Shown: in pieces, positions 50,302-59,232 of the stretch
Numbering within the stretch: position 1 is the stretch's first letter
Layout: each line of letters opens with the position of its first letter
Virus record (IMG/VR): IMGVR_UViG_3300045988_179398
Coordinates: 32,001 to 96,000 of that record
Direction: 5' to 3' (one strand)
DNA length: 64,000 nt
DNA from: a virus
Position numbers and translations under genes: made by a program
The notes under the pieces: model-generated
Seen by the model: only the letters and a program-made list of their open reading frames with translations
Told to the model about the DNA's origin: nothing
Database searches by the model: none

Positions 50302-50813
50302 TGAGTTGGAACAGGCAATCGGTTAGAGAATTCAACCGCAAACACAAAACAAATTATACAAAAGCGGAACTCGAAGCGCTCGACTTCGCGATAAAATTCC
50401 GCGCAGGAAACGCGAACGTTCAATCGATGAGTGATCTTGCGCTTAATCCGTTTATCAACATTGAACTCGAAGAGCCAATCCCCGAAGGAACGGAAGTAAA
50501 GCTTAATTACGAGATTATAAAAAGCCGCCCGACTTATCCGAGGTTGTCGCAGAAATATAAAGATTTCATCGAGGCGAACAAAGATATGATTTTACACACG
50601 ACGGACGAGAACGCGAAAAAGGGTTACGTTTGTCTCGCGGAAGACCCAGATAAGTTGTGGTTGTGGACGCCGCTTTTCGACCTTTTGTATCGGAACGAAG
50701 CGGGTGAGTTTGTGGAATACGGTGACTCGATTTTGGCGCCGAAAGACGAAGAGAAAGAGGGAGAGGAAGAAAATGTATCAGACAAAGCTGACGAAAGAAC
50801 AGCTGGCGTATAA
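50301..50813 (+). CDS. Hypothetical protein
   Basis: 170-aa ORF with a TAATG overlap. Confidence 0.5.
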   Translation: MSWNRQSVREFNRKHKTNYTKAELEALDFAIKFRAGNANVQSMSDLALNPFINIELEEPIPEGTEVKLNYEIIKSRPTYPRLSQKYKDFIEANKDMILHTTDENAKKGYVCLAEDPDKLWLWTPLFDLLYRNEAGEFVEYGDSILAPKDEEKEGEEENVSDKADERTAGV

Positions 50814-50931
50814 TATTGCGTATCATCTCGAAAAAGAAACTGACAAACCGATACACGAAGTTATTCTCGAAACATTGACAGCATACGAAGAAAATTTAAA
50901 AAAGGTATCAAAAACGCTTGACAAAGAATGA
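50773..50931 (+). CDS. Hypothetical small protein
   Basis: Start at MYQTKL after GAGGGAGAGGAAG. Confidence 0.4.
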   Translation: MYQTKLTKEQLAYNIAYHLEKETDKPIHEVILETLTAYEENLKKVSKTLDKE

Positions 50932-50946
50932 AGAGCGTGTTATAAT
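50912..50946 (+). promoter_or_regulatory. Consensus phage promoter copy 4
   Basis: AAACGC, TTGACA at 50918-23, 17-nt spacer, TGTTATAAT with -10 at 50941-46. Confidence 0.8.
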
Positions 50947-50978
50947 GAAGAAAAAGTGATTAAAAGGAGCAAAAATTA

Positions 50979-52205
50979 ATGGCAGTTTTTTTTGACGCGG
51001 TGGGAACAATTCATCCCATCAAGGAAACAGAAAAGTTTAAAGCGGTTGAATATCGCAGATTCGATTCAGGTTGGGCGAAAAAAGTTCTTCGTTTCAACTT
51101 CCGCACCGACACAGGTTCGATAACGAATATGGAGATTTCGGCGTTTTATAGGGCAAACGAAGACGGAACGCCCGCAGACGACAACAGAATGTTCGATAAA
51201 AAGGAAGGTTGGATCGAATATCCCGAAAGAAAAGAGCATTCGGGGAAAGGCAAATTTATGACGAGTTTTCTCGATAAATCGCCATATAAGGTTGCAAATA
51301 TTCTTAAAGCGTATGACGAGGGGAATCTCTCGACTTATGACGCGGACAAATACGACCTTCATTCCGACGAAGATTACGAAGAATTGAGTAAAAAATATAA
51401 CAGTTGCGTAAAGCGTTTCCTTTTCGAGATCGATTTTATCAATTACTTCGAAAGAATTTTGGCGAATTACGACAAGTTCCTCAAAGGCAAACTCATGAAG
51501 GTAAGCGGCGAATGGACGTTTGAATATTCGACGCAGAAAGACGCAATTTACAAGAAATTTGTGCCCAGCCGCATTGAATATTGCCACGATGAAGACTCCA
51601 TTCAGGTCATCGCGCTTAAAGTCCCGTTTATTTTCAAGGGCAAAAACCCGATTGCGGTCGGCAAAGGCAATAAAAAGGTGCTTAAAGGTTACACGAATTA
51701 CTATGTGAAAGAATTTAAGAACGAAGAATTCAAAGGTAAATACCTTGCCCCGATTGAAATCGTTATTCCCGAAAATCTCGAAAAGTCGATTTCTAACAGG
51801 TTCGATAAAGAAGACCCGACCGTAACATCGGATTACAAGTTATGGAATTTGAATTGTGCTTATATCAACGGCGCAGAAAAGAAAGATATCGAAGAAGACG
51901 ATTTGTCTCCCGACGAGAAGTTCGATATCGAGTGTGGTTTCAGAACGCTCGAAGAAATCAGAGCTGAACACGCGAAAGCCGATAAAGGCGAGGACGGAAA
52001 GGGCAAATACGACTCGACCAAAGTTTACGGCGATAGAATTACCGAAATCAGACTTATAAAGTGCGGCGAAAAAGGTAATCCCGAAAACGCCGAATATGAC
52101 GACAGGCAAACCGAAAGTCCGTCGCACGACATGCCCGAAGAAGTAAAACAGGCGGTCGGCGCGGCAAGCGATGATGACGATATTTTTGAGATTAATTGGA
52201 GGTAA
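50979..52205 (+). CDS. Hypothetical protein, possible non-canonical ssDNA-binding protein
   Basis: 408 aa, directly upstream of erf. Near-C-terminal acidic tail ..AASDDDDIFEINWR is reminiscent of SSB DDDIPF tails. The call rests on position and tail only. Confidence 0.3.
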   Translation: MAVFFDAVGTIHPIKETEKFKAVEYRRFDSGWAKKVLRFNFRTDTGSITNMEISAFYRANEDGTPADDNRMFDKKEGWIEYPERKEHSGKGKFMTSFLDKSPYKVANILKAYDEGNLSTYDADKYDLHSDEDYEELSKKYNSCVKRFLFEIDFINYFERILANYDKFLKGKLMKVSGEWTFEYSTQKDAIYKKFVPSRIEYCHDEDSIQVIALKVPFIFKGKNPIAVGKGNKKVLKGYTNYYVKEFKNEEFKGKYLAPIEIVIPENLEKSISNRFDKEDPTVTSDYKLWNLNCAYINGAEKKDIEEDDLSPDEKFDIECGFRTLEEIRAEHAKADKGEDGKGKYDSTKVYGDRITEIRLIKCGEKGNPENAEYDDRQTESPSHDMPEEVKQAVGAASDDDDIFEINWR

Positions 52206-52208
52206 GAT

Positions 52209-52907
52209 ATGAATATTTTTGAGAAAATTCAAGCGGTGAGAGTTGAACTCCGCCACACAAAACTTAAAATGAGCGGCAAAAACAAGTTCGCGAATTACGA
52301 ATATATGGAACTCGACGACTTTCTTCCCACACTCAACGAACTTATGTATAAGTATAAAATAACGGCGATCGCTTCGTTTACGAGAGAGAAAGCAACTCTC
52401 ACGGCAATCGACTGCGAAAAGCCCGAAGATAGATATACGATTGAATCACCGTTCGGAACAGCCGACCTTAAAGGCTGTCACGAAGTTCAGTGTATCGGCG
52501 CGGTCGAAACTTATCAGCGTCGTTACCTTTATCAGGCGATGTTCGACATCGCAGAAAGCGACGGTTTGAACAAGTCGCAGGGCGACCCGAGCAAACCCAC
52601 TCCGAAGAAGACGGCTGAATTCCCGAGCCATACGGAAGAAGAGCCGCTTCCTGGTGAAGAAAAGCCCTCTGCAAAACCTGTGAAACCCGTTGACGAAAAA
52701 GACCCGAATGGCGCGGAAAGATGCGCAAAAATAAAGGAAGTTTTCAACGCGAAGAGAAAGGCGAAAGAACTGACGACCGATACGCAGAAGGCGATTAAAA
52801 AGTTGTTAGTTGAAAATAGTGAAGACGGCGCGGGAATGTTGAACGAGAATTACTCGGTGAAGGTTTACGACCAACTCGAAGAATTACTCGGAATGGGTGA
52901 GGTATAG
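52209..52907 (+). CDS. erf: ERF-family single-strand annealing recombinase
   Basis: KFANYEYMELDDFLPTLNELMYKYKI...IGAVETYQRRYLYQAMFDIAESD matches the ERF core. Confidence 0.85.
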   Translation: MNIFEKIQAVRVELRHTKLKMSGKNKFANYEYMELDDFLPTLNELMYKYKITAIASFTREKATLTAIDCEKPEDRYTIESPFGTADLKGCHEVQCIGAVETYQRRYLYQAMFDIAESDGLNKSQGDPSKPTPKKTAEFPSHTEEEPLPGEEKPSAKPVKPVDEKDPNGAERCAKIKEVFNAKRKAKELTTDTQKAIKKLLVENSEDGAGMLNENYSVKVYDQLEELLGMGEV

Positions 52908-52990
52908 GTTTGCAACTTCATTAGTTAAAACTGATAGGTTAAGAGCTTCAGTGAAGAGAGAATATATAATCAGAAGGAGGTGATAAGTAA

Positions 52991-54103
52991 ATGTTAAAAG
53001 CGTATAAATACAGATTGTATCCAAACAAACAACAAGAAGAACAAATTCATAAAACTTTTGGCTGTTGCAGATTTGTGTATAATCAAATACTTGCTTATAG
53101 AAAAGAGAAATATAAGCAAGATAAACAACATATGAATAAAATTTCTTGTAATAATTACTGTAATCAAGTTCTTAAAAAAGAATATGAATGGCTGAAAGAG
53201 GTAGACAAATTTGCATTAACAAATTCAATTTATAATATGGATTCAGCATATCAAAAATTCTTCAAAGAACACGCGGGTTACCCTAAATTTAAGAGTAAGA
53301 AAAATCCTAAAAGAAGTTATACTACTAATCTTACGGGTAGAAATATAGAAGTTTCTTTTAACAATAATAAAATCAAACTTCCGAAACTTAAATGGGTAAA
53401 AGCAAAAGTCCACAGAGAGTTTCAAGGACAAATTAAGTCTGCAACTATATCGCAAATACCTTCTGGAAAATATTTTGTATCTGTATTGGTAGAAACAAGA
53501 CATATTCCAATGGATTCAACTGGAAATATGATTGGATTAGATCTAGGTATTAAAGATTTGCTTATTACTTCTGATGGTAAAAAGTATGGTAATATTCGTG
53601 CTACTAAGAAATATGAGAAGAAGTTAGTAAAAGAACAAAGAAAATTATCTCATAAAGTAAAAGGTAGCAACAACTGGAATAGGCAAAGAATTAAAGTGGC
53701 GCGTATCCATGAGAAAATTCATAACACAAGAATTGATAACTTACATAAAATTTCGCATAAACTTATTCAGGAAAACCAACTAATAGTTAGTGAAGATTTA
53801 TCTGTAAATAATATGATGAAGAATCATAATCTTGCAAAAGCAATTTCAGATTGTGGGTGGTATGAATTAACAACACAGTTGGGTTATAAGAGTGATTGGA
53901 ACAATCGACGGTATATTAAGATTGGAAGATTTACCAAGAGTAGTCAATCCTGTAATGTGTGCGGTTATATCAATACAGATACAAAAGACTTATCTGTTAG
54001 AGAATGGATATGTCCTCAATGTAATACAAAGCACAATAGAGATATAAACGCTGCGATTAATATACTCAACGAAGGGTTACGATTGCTTAATGAGGTAGCC
54101 TAA
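52991..54103 (+). CDS. tnpB: TnpB (IS200/IS605-family RNA-guided endonuclease), copy 1
   Basis: MLKAYKYRLYPNKQQEEQIHKTFGCCRFVYNQ. RuvC triad intact (GLDLGIKD, IVSEDLSVNNM, HNRDINAAINI). Zinc finger CNVCGY...CPQCN. No tnpA adjacent. Confidence 0.9.
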   Translation: MLKAYKYRLYPNKQQEEQIHKTFGCCRFVYNQILAYRKEKYKQDKQHMNKISCNNYCNQVLKKEYEWLKEVDKFALTNSIYNMDSAYQKFFKEHAGYPKFKSKKNPKRSYTTNLTGRNIEVSFNNNKIKLPKLKWVKAKVHREFQGQIKSATISQIPSGKYFVSVLVETRHIPMDSTGNMIGLDLGIKDLLITSDGKKYGNIRATKKYEKKLVKEQRKLSHKVKGSNNWNRQRIKVARIHEKIHNTRIDNLHKISHKLIQENQLIVSEDLSVNNMMKNHNLAKAISDCGWYELTTQLGYKSDWNNRRYIKIGRFTKSSQSCNVCGYINTDTKDLSVREWICPQCNTKHNRDINAAINILNEGLRLLNEVA

Positions 54104-54211
54104 AGATATTTAATAGGGTTGGAACAATCCAAATTTACGCTTGTGGAGTTAGTAGGTTACGAGGACGTTGAAACAAGAAACTCATCGAGTTTTAGTTCAT
54201 GGGTAGTTCAC
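54104..54211 (+). ncRNA. Omega-RNA (reRNA) 3' scaffold of TnpB-1 (approximate; the 5' part probably overlaps the end of the ORF)
   Basis: Hairpins TTGGA-ACAA-TCCAA and AAACTC-ATC-GAGTTT. Ends in GGGTAGTTCAC. Its position directly 3' of tnpB is as in characterised systems. Confidence 0.55.
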
Positions 54212-54242
54212 TAAGTTAAACTGCCATTTTTGTTTAGATATG

Positions 54243-54280
54243 GAAAAGCGTGGAAGGTGAAATTTCTGCGCTTTTCTCGC
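54243..54280 (+). terminator. Terminator-like hairpin
   Basis: GAAAAGCG (54243-50) pairs with CGCTTTTC (54269-76). Weak T-run. Confidence 0.4.
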
Positions 54281-54282
54281 TT

Positions 54283-54317
54283 AAACGCTTGACAAATGGG
54301 TTTTGGTGTGGTATAAT
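54283..54317 (+). promoter_or_regulatory. Consensus phage promoter copy 5
   Basis: AAACGC, TTGACA at 54289-94, 17-nt spacer, TGGTATAAT with -10 at 54312-17. Confidence 0.8.
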
Positions 54318-54342
54318 AAGTTCATAAAGTGGAGGTAAAGAT

Positions 54343-54546
54343 ATGACAAGCAAAGAAAAGTTTATAAAGTCTCTCAAAGCAGATATTCAAACACAAAAAG
54401 AGAAAAAGGAACTCGCGGAAAAACTCGCTGAAAGAATTAAGAACGAATTTTACATTCAATTCGACGAGATAATTCCGTCGATTATGGCGGATCAAATTGA
54501 CAAAATTGTGAAAGAAGTTCTCGATGAAGAGTTTTTTGGCAATTAA
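54343..54546 (+). CDS. Hypothetical small protein
   Basis: 67-aa ORF with GGAGG upstream. Confidence 0.5.
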   Translation: MTSKEKFIKSLKADIQTQKEKKELAEKLAERIKNEFYIQFDEIIPSIMADQIDKIVKEVLDEEFFGN

Positions 54547-54578
54547 AGGTCGTGAATTCGATGCCTTTGGAGGAATAA

Positions 54579-55115
54579 ATGCAAGTAAAATGTCAAATTT
54601 GCGGCAAATCAATCGACCGTTCAACTGCATATAAAGTCGTGGTCAGCGGCACGAACAAATATTTTTGCTCGGAAGAAGAATTCAACGCTGATAAAGCCCG
54701 CAAAGACCACGCGAAAGAAGTTCTCGAAACGATTGCGGAGTGTTATCAATATTGCTCTGGTTATGGGGAACCGCCTTATAACGTGGTTAAAAAAGAACTT
54801 AAAGAAAACCTCAAAACGGTCGATATCGAGACGATTTATCAATTCGTAAAAGAAAACCGCGAAAAACTCAAAAAGACGATTGAAAAGAAAATCGAACGAG
54901 ATGGACCGTTTTCGCAGGTTTATTTCTTGTTTAGGTATGTGAGTGGGATAATAAAACGGGAAATACTTGAACACGGTTGGAAGGCGGCACAAGTCGCGCC
55001 GACCATTCAAAAAACTGGGATTGATTTGAATTTTTATAATGTCAAACCGAACACAAATCAACTTAAAAAGAGACGCTCGTTAGATGAATTGGAGGATCAA
55101 CTACTCAGCCCTTAA
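54579..55115 (+). CDS. Hypothetical protein with N-terminal zinc-ribbon (CQICGK...YFCSEE)
   Basis: 178-aa ORF with GGAGGA upstream. Confidence 0.5.
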   Translation: MQVKCQICGKSIDRSTAYKVVVSGTNKYFCSEEEFNADKARKDHAKEVLETIAECYQYCSGYGEPPYNVVKKELKENLKTVDIETIYQFVKENREKLKKTIEKKIERDGPFSQVYFLFRYVSGIIKREILEHGWKAAQVAPTIQKTGIDLNFYNVKPNTNQLKKRRSLDELEDQLLSP

Positions 55116-55327
55116 AAAGGTGTGGGCTTGCCCACTAGTTGATCAGACTAAGTGTTAAGCTACGTTATCAAAGAATATATAGGCACCGTAGGATGTATTC
55201 TCCAGTCTTACGCTCTGCGGTATGTGATTAAACAGTTCTGATGAGTAGGAACAGTGTTGCATACGAAAACCTTTGAATAACATTGTCGTGGAGTAACCAC
55301 TCTAACATATAGGAGGCTATAAAAGCA
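55116..55327 (+). ncRNA. IscB-associated omega-RNA (HEARO-type) candidate
   Basis: 212-nt non-coding, comparatively GC-rich segment immediately 5' of iscB on the same strand, which is the known location of IscB omega-RNAs. Its 5' boundary and guide are undefined. Confidence 0.55.
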
Positions 55328-56608
55328 ATGGTATATGTATTAAATAAACAAGATGAACCAATAATGCCTTGCAAGGAAGCGAAAGCAAGAAAATTGCTTA
55401 AACAGAGTAAGGCAAAAATAGCAAAACACGAACCGTTTACAATTCAGTTATTGTTCGATTGTGAAAATCAGATACAAGAAGTAAATTTGGGAATTGATGC
55501 GGGAAGTAAACATATTGGTGTTTCGGCAACGACAGAAAAGCAGGTCTTATACGAGGCAGATGTTGAGCTGAGAAATGATATTGTTAATAAGTTATCTTCT
55601 CGTCGCGAGGCTCGTAGAACTCGTAGAAACAGATTAAGATACCGCCCCGTAAGGTTTAATAATCGAATTAAATCAAAATATAAAGAGTGGTTAGCTCCGA
55701 GTATTAAACAAAAGATAAACACGCATATTCAAGTTATAAAACACTTATACGAAATTTTGCCGATAACAAATCTCATTGTAGAAACCGCTCAATTTGATAT
55801 TCAAAAGATGAATAATTCCGAGATATCAGGTGAAGGATATCAACAAGGTGAACAATTGGGATTTTGGAATGTAAGAGAGTATGTGCTTTACCGCGACAAT
55901 CACGAATGTCAATATTGCCACGGTAAATCAAAAGACAATATATTAAATGTTCATCATATTGAAAGTCGGAAAACAGGCGGAAATGCACCAAATAATTTAA
56001 TTACTTTGTGTGAAACTTGTCATAAAGCTTATCATAAAGGCGAGATTAAATTAAATCTAAAGCGCGGTAAAAGCTATCGGGACGCGGCATTTATGGGTAT
56101 TATGCGTAAAACATTACTTAATCGATTACGCGTGTTATATCCAAATGTTTGCGAAACGTATGGCTATATAACCAAGAACGTTCGTATCGAAAATAACTTG
56201 CCAAAAGAACATTATATAGACGCTCGGTGTATAAGTGGTAATCCAAAAGCAAATCCATTAGATTATTACATTTATCAGAAATGTGTCAGAAGACAGAACA
56301 GACAAATTCATAAAAATAAAATTTTAAGCGGCAGCCGAAAGAGAAATAATCAAGCACCAAGATATGTTTTCGGGTTTAAACTCTTTGATCTTGTAAAATA
56401 TAATAAACAAAATTACTATGTTTTTAGCAGAAGAACAAGTGGCGCCTTTGATATAAGAAATCTTAATGGAGAAAAAATAAACAATGGTTCAATAAGTTAT
56501 AAGAAACTTAAAAAGATTAAACACAATTCAACAAAACTAATAGAAAGGAGGCGGCAATTCCTCTGCATCTCTAAAAGGGATGTGGTTTCTTTGCCGAAAA
56601 TTTTATGA
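55328..56608 (+). CDS. iscB: IscB (OMEGA RNA-guided nuclease; PLMP + split RuvC + HNH)
   Basis: PLMP domain VYVLNKQDEPIMPCKEAKARKLLKQSKAKI..PFTIQL. RuvC-I LGIDAGSKHIG. HNH CQYCHG...VHHIESRKTGG..NLITLCETCHKAYH. RuvC-III HYIDARC. Confidence 0.85.
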   Translation: MVYVLNKQDEPIMPCKEAKARKLLKQSKAKIAKHEPFTIQLLFDCENQIQEVNLGIDAGSKHIGVSATTEKQVLYEADVELRNDIVNKLSSRREARRTRRNRLRYRPVRFNNRIKSKYKEWLAPSIKQKINTHIQVIKHLYEILPITNLIVETAQFDIQKMNNSEISGEGYQQGEQLGFWNVREYVLYRDNHECQYCHGKSKDNILNVHHIESRKTGGNAPNNLITLCETCHKAYHKGEIKLNLKRGKSYRDAAFMGIMRKTLLNRLRVLYPNVCETYGYITKNVRIENNLPKEHYIDARCISGNPKANPLDYYIYQKCVRRQNRQIHKNKILSGSRKRNNQAPRYVFGFKLFDLVKYNKQNYYVFSRRTSGAFDIRNLNGEKINNGSISYKKLKKIKHNSTKLIERRRQFLCISKRDVVSLPKIL

Positions 56609-58185
56609 AGCAGATGGCTAACAAAGAGGCTTTTATTGCGGGAATATGTGACAAAATAGACGAAAGACTTCTTGAAGATCGCGTTACAATCGAAGGAAAT
56701 GCCGTCTCAATCTTTTTACAGGATTTGACGAATTACAACGATATCAACTATAAACCCGAAGATTTTCTAACGAAAGATGGTCGATTCCTTTTCTGCGTAG
56801 GGAAGTCGCTTCGTGATTTGGGGTATAATTACCTCGATGAAGTAACGATTATGTCAAAGTGTTCGCAGGAAATCAAAGACAGAATTTCCGCGCTTGGTGG
56901 GTATAAGACGATTCAACATCTTCTCGATGTCGTGAATGCCGAAAACGCTGACGCAATTCTCGATGATCTGACGAAGAGTAATATTCTGGTTAAACTTTAC
57001 AAAAGCGGGTTCAATCTTTTCGACGAAGTAACGCTCGATAACGGGAAACGTATTTCCCCATTTAAGTTGTTTAAGAATTTCACTTCGACGGAAGTTCTTG
57101 ATTGGTACGACGCGAAAATCAGCGGATTAAGCAAGGTCAATAATAACCAAATCATCTACGACGAATACGTCGATTTCGGCGAAAAATTCATCTCGGATTT
57201 GCAAAACAACGTCGATAGCGGTGTTTCGTTTGCGGACGCTGGCGAAGACATCAACGGCGAAAAAATCAGCGTCGCGCCCTTTTTGAGCAGTAATATACTC
57301 GGTCTCGCGCCTGGAACATTAAGCCTTTTCGGCGGGTTCAGCGGCGTTGGTAAGACGACTTATATGGTCGGCGTGATTATGGCGCTTATTTCGCAGGGTA
57401 AAAAGGTTCTTGTGCTCGAAAACGAGATTATGAAGAACAAACTTTATCTTATGATTTTCAGTTGGTTTATCTCCCGTTATATGGGTTATCAGAAACTGCC
57501 GAAGAAAAAACTCGAATCGGGTGTTTATACCGACGAAGAAAAGAAGGTAATCGCCGAGGCCGAAAAACAATGGAAAGAGAAGTTCGCAGACAAATTGCGT
57601 GTTGTCGGTTTATCGTCGGCAAACTCGAAGTTGAGTTCGCAAATCATCAAAAACGCAGTACTTCGTTCGGGGTTTGATGTGTTCATTGTGGATACATTCA
57701 AGCTCGACGATAGTGCAGACATAAACGGCGCGTTGTGGCAGGTTATGAAGAACAACATCAGCGAACTCGAAGGACTAACGAAGAAATACGGCGTTATCGG
57801 AATCGCGACCGTTCAGCTGACGAATAACGACTTAAAACGGTTATGGCTTGATTCAAGCTGTCTTGGAACATCGAAAGGCATTAAGGAAGTGTGTTCTAAC
57901 CTGATTTTGCTCAGAAAGCTTGGAGGAGATTTGGAGTTAATTAACGGCTCGGATATTTACTGTCGACCGTTCCGTTCAAAGAAAAACGAGCAGGGCGACT
58001 GGGTAGAAGAACCGTATGATGCCGACCCAAGCAAGGTTTGGAGAGTGCTTTTCATAGATAAATCTCGTTCTGGTCCCGACAGCGGCGATACGGGCGTAGC
58101 GTATTTGTTGAGATACGACGGCGATCACTGCTCATTTTATGAAACGGCGAAGTGTCGCCCTGTTAGAAAGATTATAAATGGTTGA
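56605..58185 (+). CDS. Replicative DNA helicase (DnaB-like)
   Basis: Walker A GGFSGVGKTTYM, Walker B FDVFIVDTFKLDD. ATGA overlap with the iscB stop and no Shine-Dalgarno site of its own. Confidence 0.7.
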   Translation: MKQMANKEAFIAGICDKIDERLLEDRVTIEGNAVSIFLQDLTNYNDINYKPEDFLTKDGRFLFCVGKSLRDLGYNYLDEVTIMSKCSQEIKDRISALGGYKTIQHLLDVVNAENADAILDDLTKSNILVKLYKSGFNLFDEVTLDNGKRISPFKLFKNFTSTEVLDWYDAKISGLSKVNNNQIIYDEYVDFGEKFISDLQNNVDSGVSFADAGEDINGEKISVAPFLSSNILGLAPGTLSLFGGFSGVGKTTYMVGVIMALISQGKKVLVLENEIMKNKLYLMIFSWFISRYMGYQKLPKKKLESGVYTDEEKKVIAEAEKQWKEKFADKLRVVGLSSANSKLSSQIIKNAVLRSGFDVFIVDTFKLDDSADINGALWQVMKNNISELEGLTKKYGVIGIATVQLTNNDLKRLWLDSSCLGTSKGIKEVCSNLILLRKLGGDLELINGSDIYCRPFRSKKNEQGDWVEEPYDADPSKVWRVLFIDKSRSGPDSGDTGVAYLLRYDGDHCSFYETAKCRPVRKIING

Positions 58186-58195
58186 GGAAGCGGAT

Positions 58196-59026
58196 ATGGA
58201 AACAAAAATTATGTACGGGCAGGAAGTTGCCCAAAATATGCTGAAAGATTTGACGTGGAACCCTCGGCACACCTTATATATTCTCTCGAATCAAGCCGAC
58301 CCCGCAAGCGCGGTGTATGTTCGAAATAAGAAAAAGAAGTGTGAAGAGGTCGGGGTTAGATGCGTCGTTTATGATATTTCAAGTTCTTGTATAGAGCAGA
58401 TTAACGATATTTTGTATAACGAAATCAGTCTCAGTTCGGAAAAATATTACGTCATCATTCAAAAGCCATTGCCCGTTCAACTTCGTGAATATGAAAAAGA
58501 GATTGACGCTTTTTTCAAAAAATTCCCCGATGCAGACATTGACGCATTTGGAGGCGATTTGTCAACTGAATTTAAGACGCCAGCAACCCCGCTCGGAGTT
58601 ATGAAAATGTTGGATTATTACGTCGGCACGAAAACACTCGATGGATTAAATACGGTTGTGCTCGGTCGTTCTGAAATCGTTGGAAAACCGATGGCGGGAT
58701 TGTTACTCAACGCAAACTGCACCGTGACTGTTTGCCATTCGCACACAAAAAATCTCAAAGATTACACGCGTAACGCCGACTTGATTGTTAGCGCGATTGG
58801 GAAACCGAAATTCATTACGAGCGATTATATAGGCGATAATCGTCCTATAATCGTGGATGTCGGGATTAACCGTGATGAAAACGGAAAATTGTGCGGCGAC
58901 GTCGACTTTGAAGACGTAAAAGAAAAATGCTCATTTATCAGCCCAGTACCAAAAGGCGTTGGCGTTTTGACTGTCGCGAGTTTGGTATATAAAATGGGTA
59001 AAAAAATTTTTAAAAAAATAACGTAA
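58196..59026 (+). CDS. folD: Bifunctional methylene-THF dehydrogenase/methenyl-THF cyclohydrolase
   Basis: GRSEIVGKPMAGLLLNANCTVTVCHSHTKNL...ADLIVSAIGKP...VDVGINR...GDVDF...SPVPKGVGVLTVASL. Start chosen after GAGGAAG. Confidence 0.9.
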   Translation: METKIMYGQEVAQNMLKDLTWNPRHTLYILSNQADPASAVYVRNKKKKCEEVGVRCVVYDISSSCIEQINDILYNEISLSSEKYYVIIQKPLPVQLREYEKEIDAFFKKFPDADIDAFGGDLSTEFKTPATPLGVMKMLDYYVGTKTLDGLNTVVLGRSEIVGKPMAGLLLNANCTVTVCHSHTKNLKDYTRNADLIVSAIGKPKFITSDYIGDNRPIIVDVGINRDENGKLCGDVDFEDVKEKCSFISPVPKGVGVLTVASLVYKMGKKIFKKIT

Positions 59027-59061
59027 AAACGCTTGACAAATAAATCTCGTTATGGTATAAT
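59027..59061 (+). promoter_or_regulatory. Consensus phage promoter copy 6
   Basis: AAACGC, TTGACA at 59033-38, 17-nt spacer, TGGTATAAT with -10 at 59056-61. Confidence 0.8.
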
Positions 59062-59086
59062 GTTCTCGTAAGTTGGAGGTAAGGTT

Positions 59087-59221
59087 GTGGTAAGTTTGTT
59101 TATAACAGATTTCTTTTTTACCGTCGGTGTCATTCTCGGAATAAAGATTCATATGAAAAGAACGGGCGACAGCTTCCAAGAAGTTTGTTTGAAAATAAAG
59201 GATGCAATTTTTCGCAAATAA
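59087..59221 (+). CDS. Possible 44-aa membrane peptide (not in ORF track)
   Basis: GTG start 8 nt after TGGAGG. Translation MVSLFITDFFFTVGVILGIKIHMKRTGDSFQEVCLKIKDAIFRK, with a hydrophobic N-terminus. Confidence 0.3.
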   Translation: MVSLFITDFFFTVGVILGIKIHMKRTGDSFQEVCLKIKDAIFRK

Positions 59222-59232
59222 GGAGGCATTAG

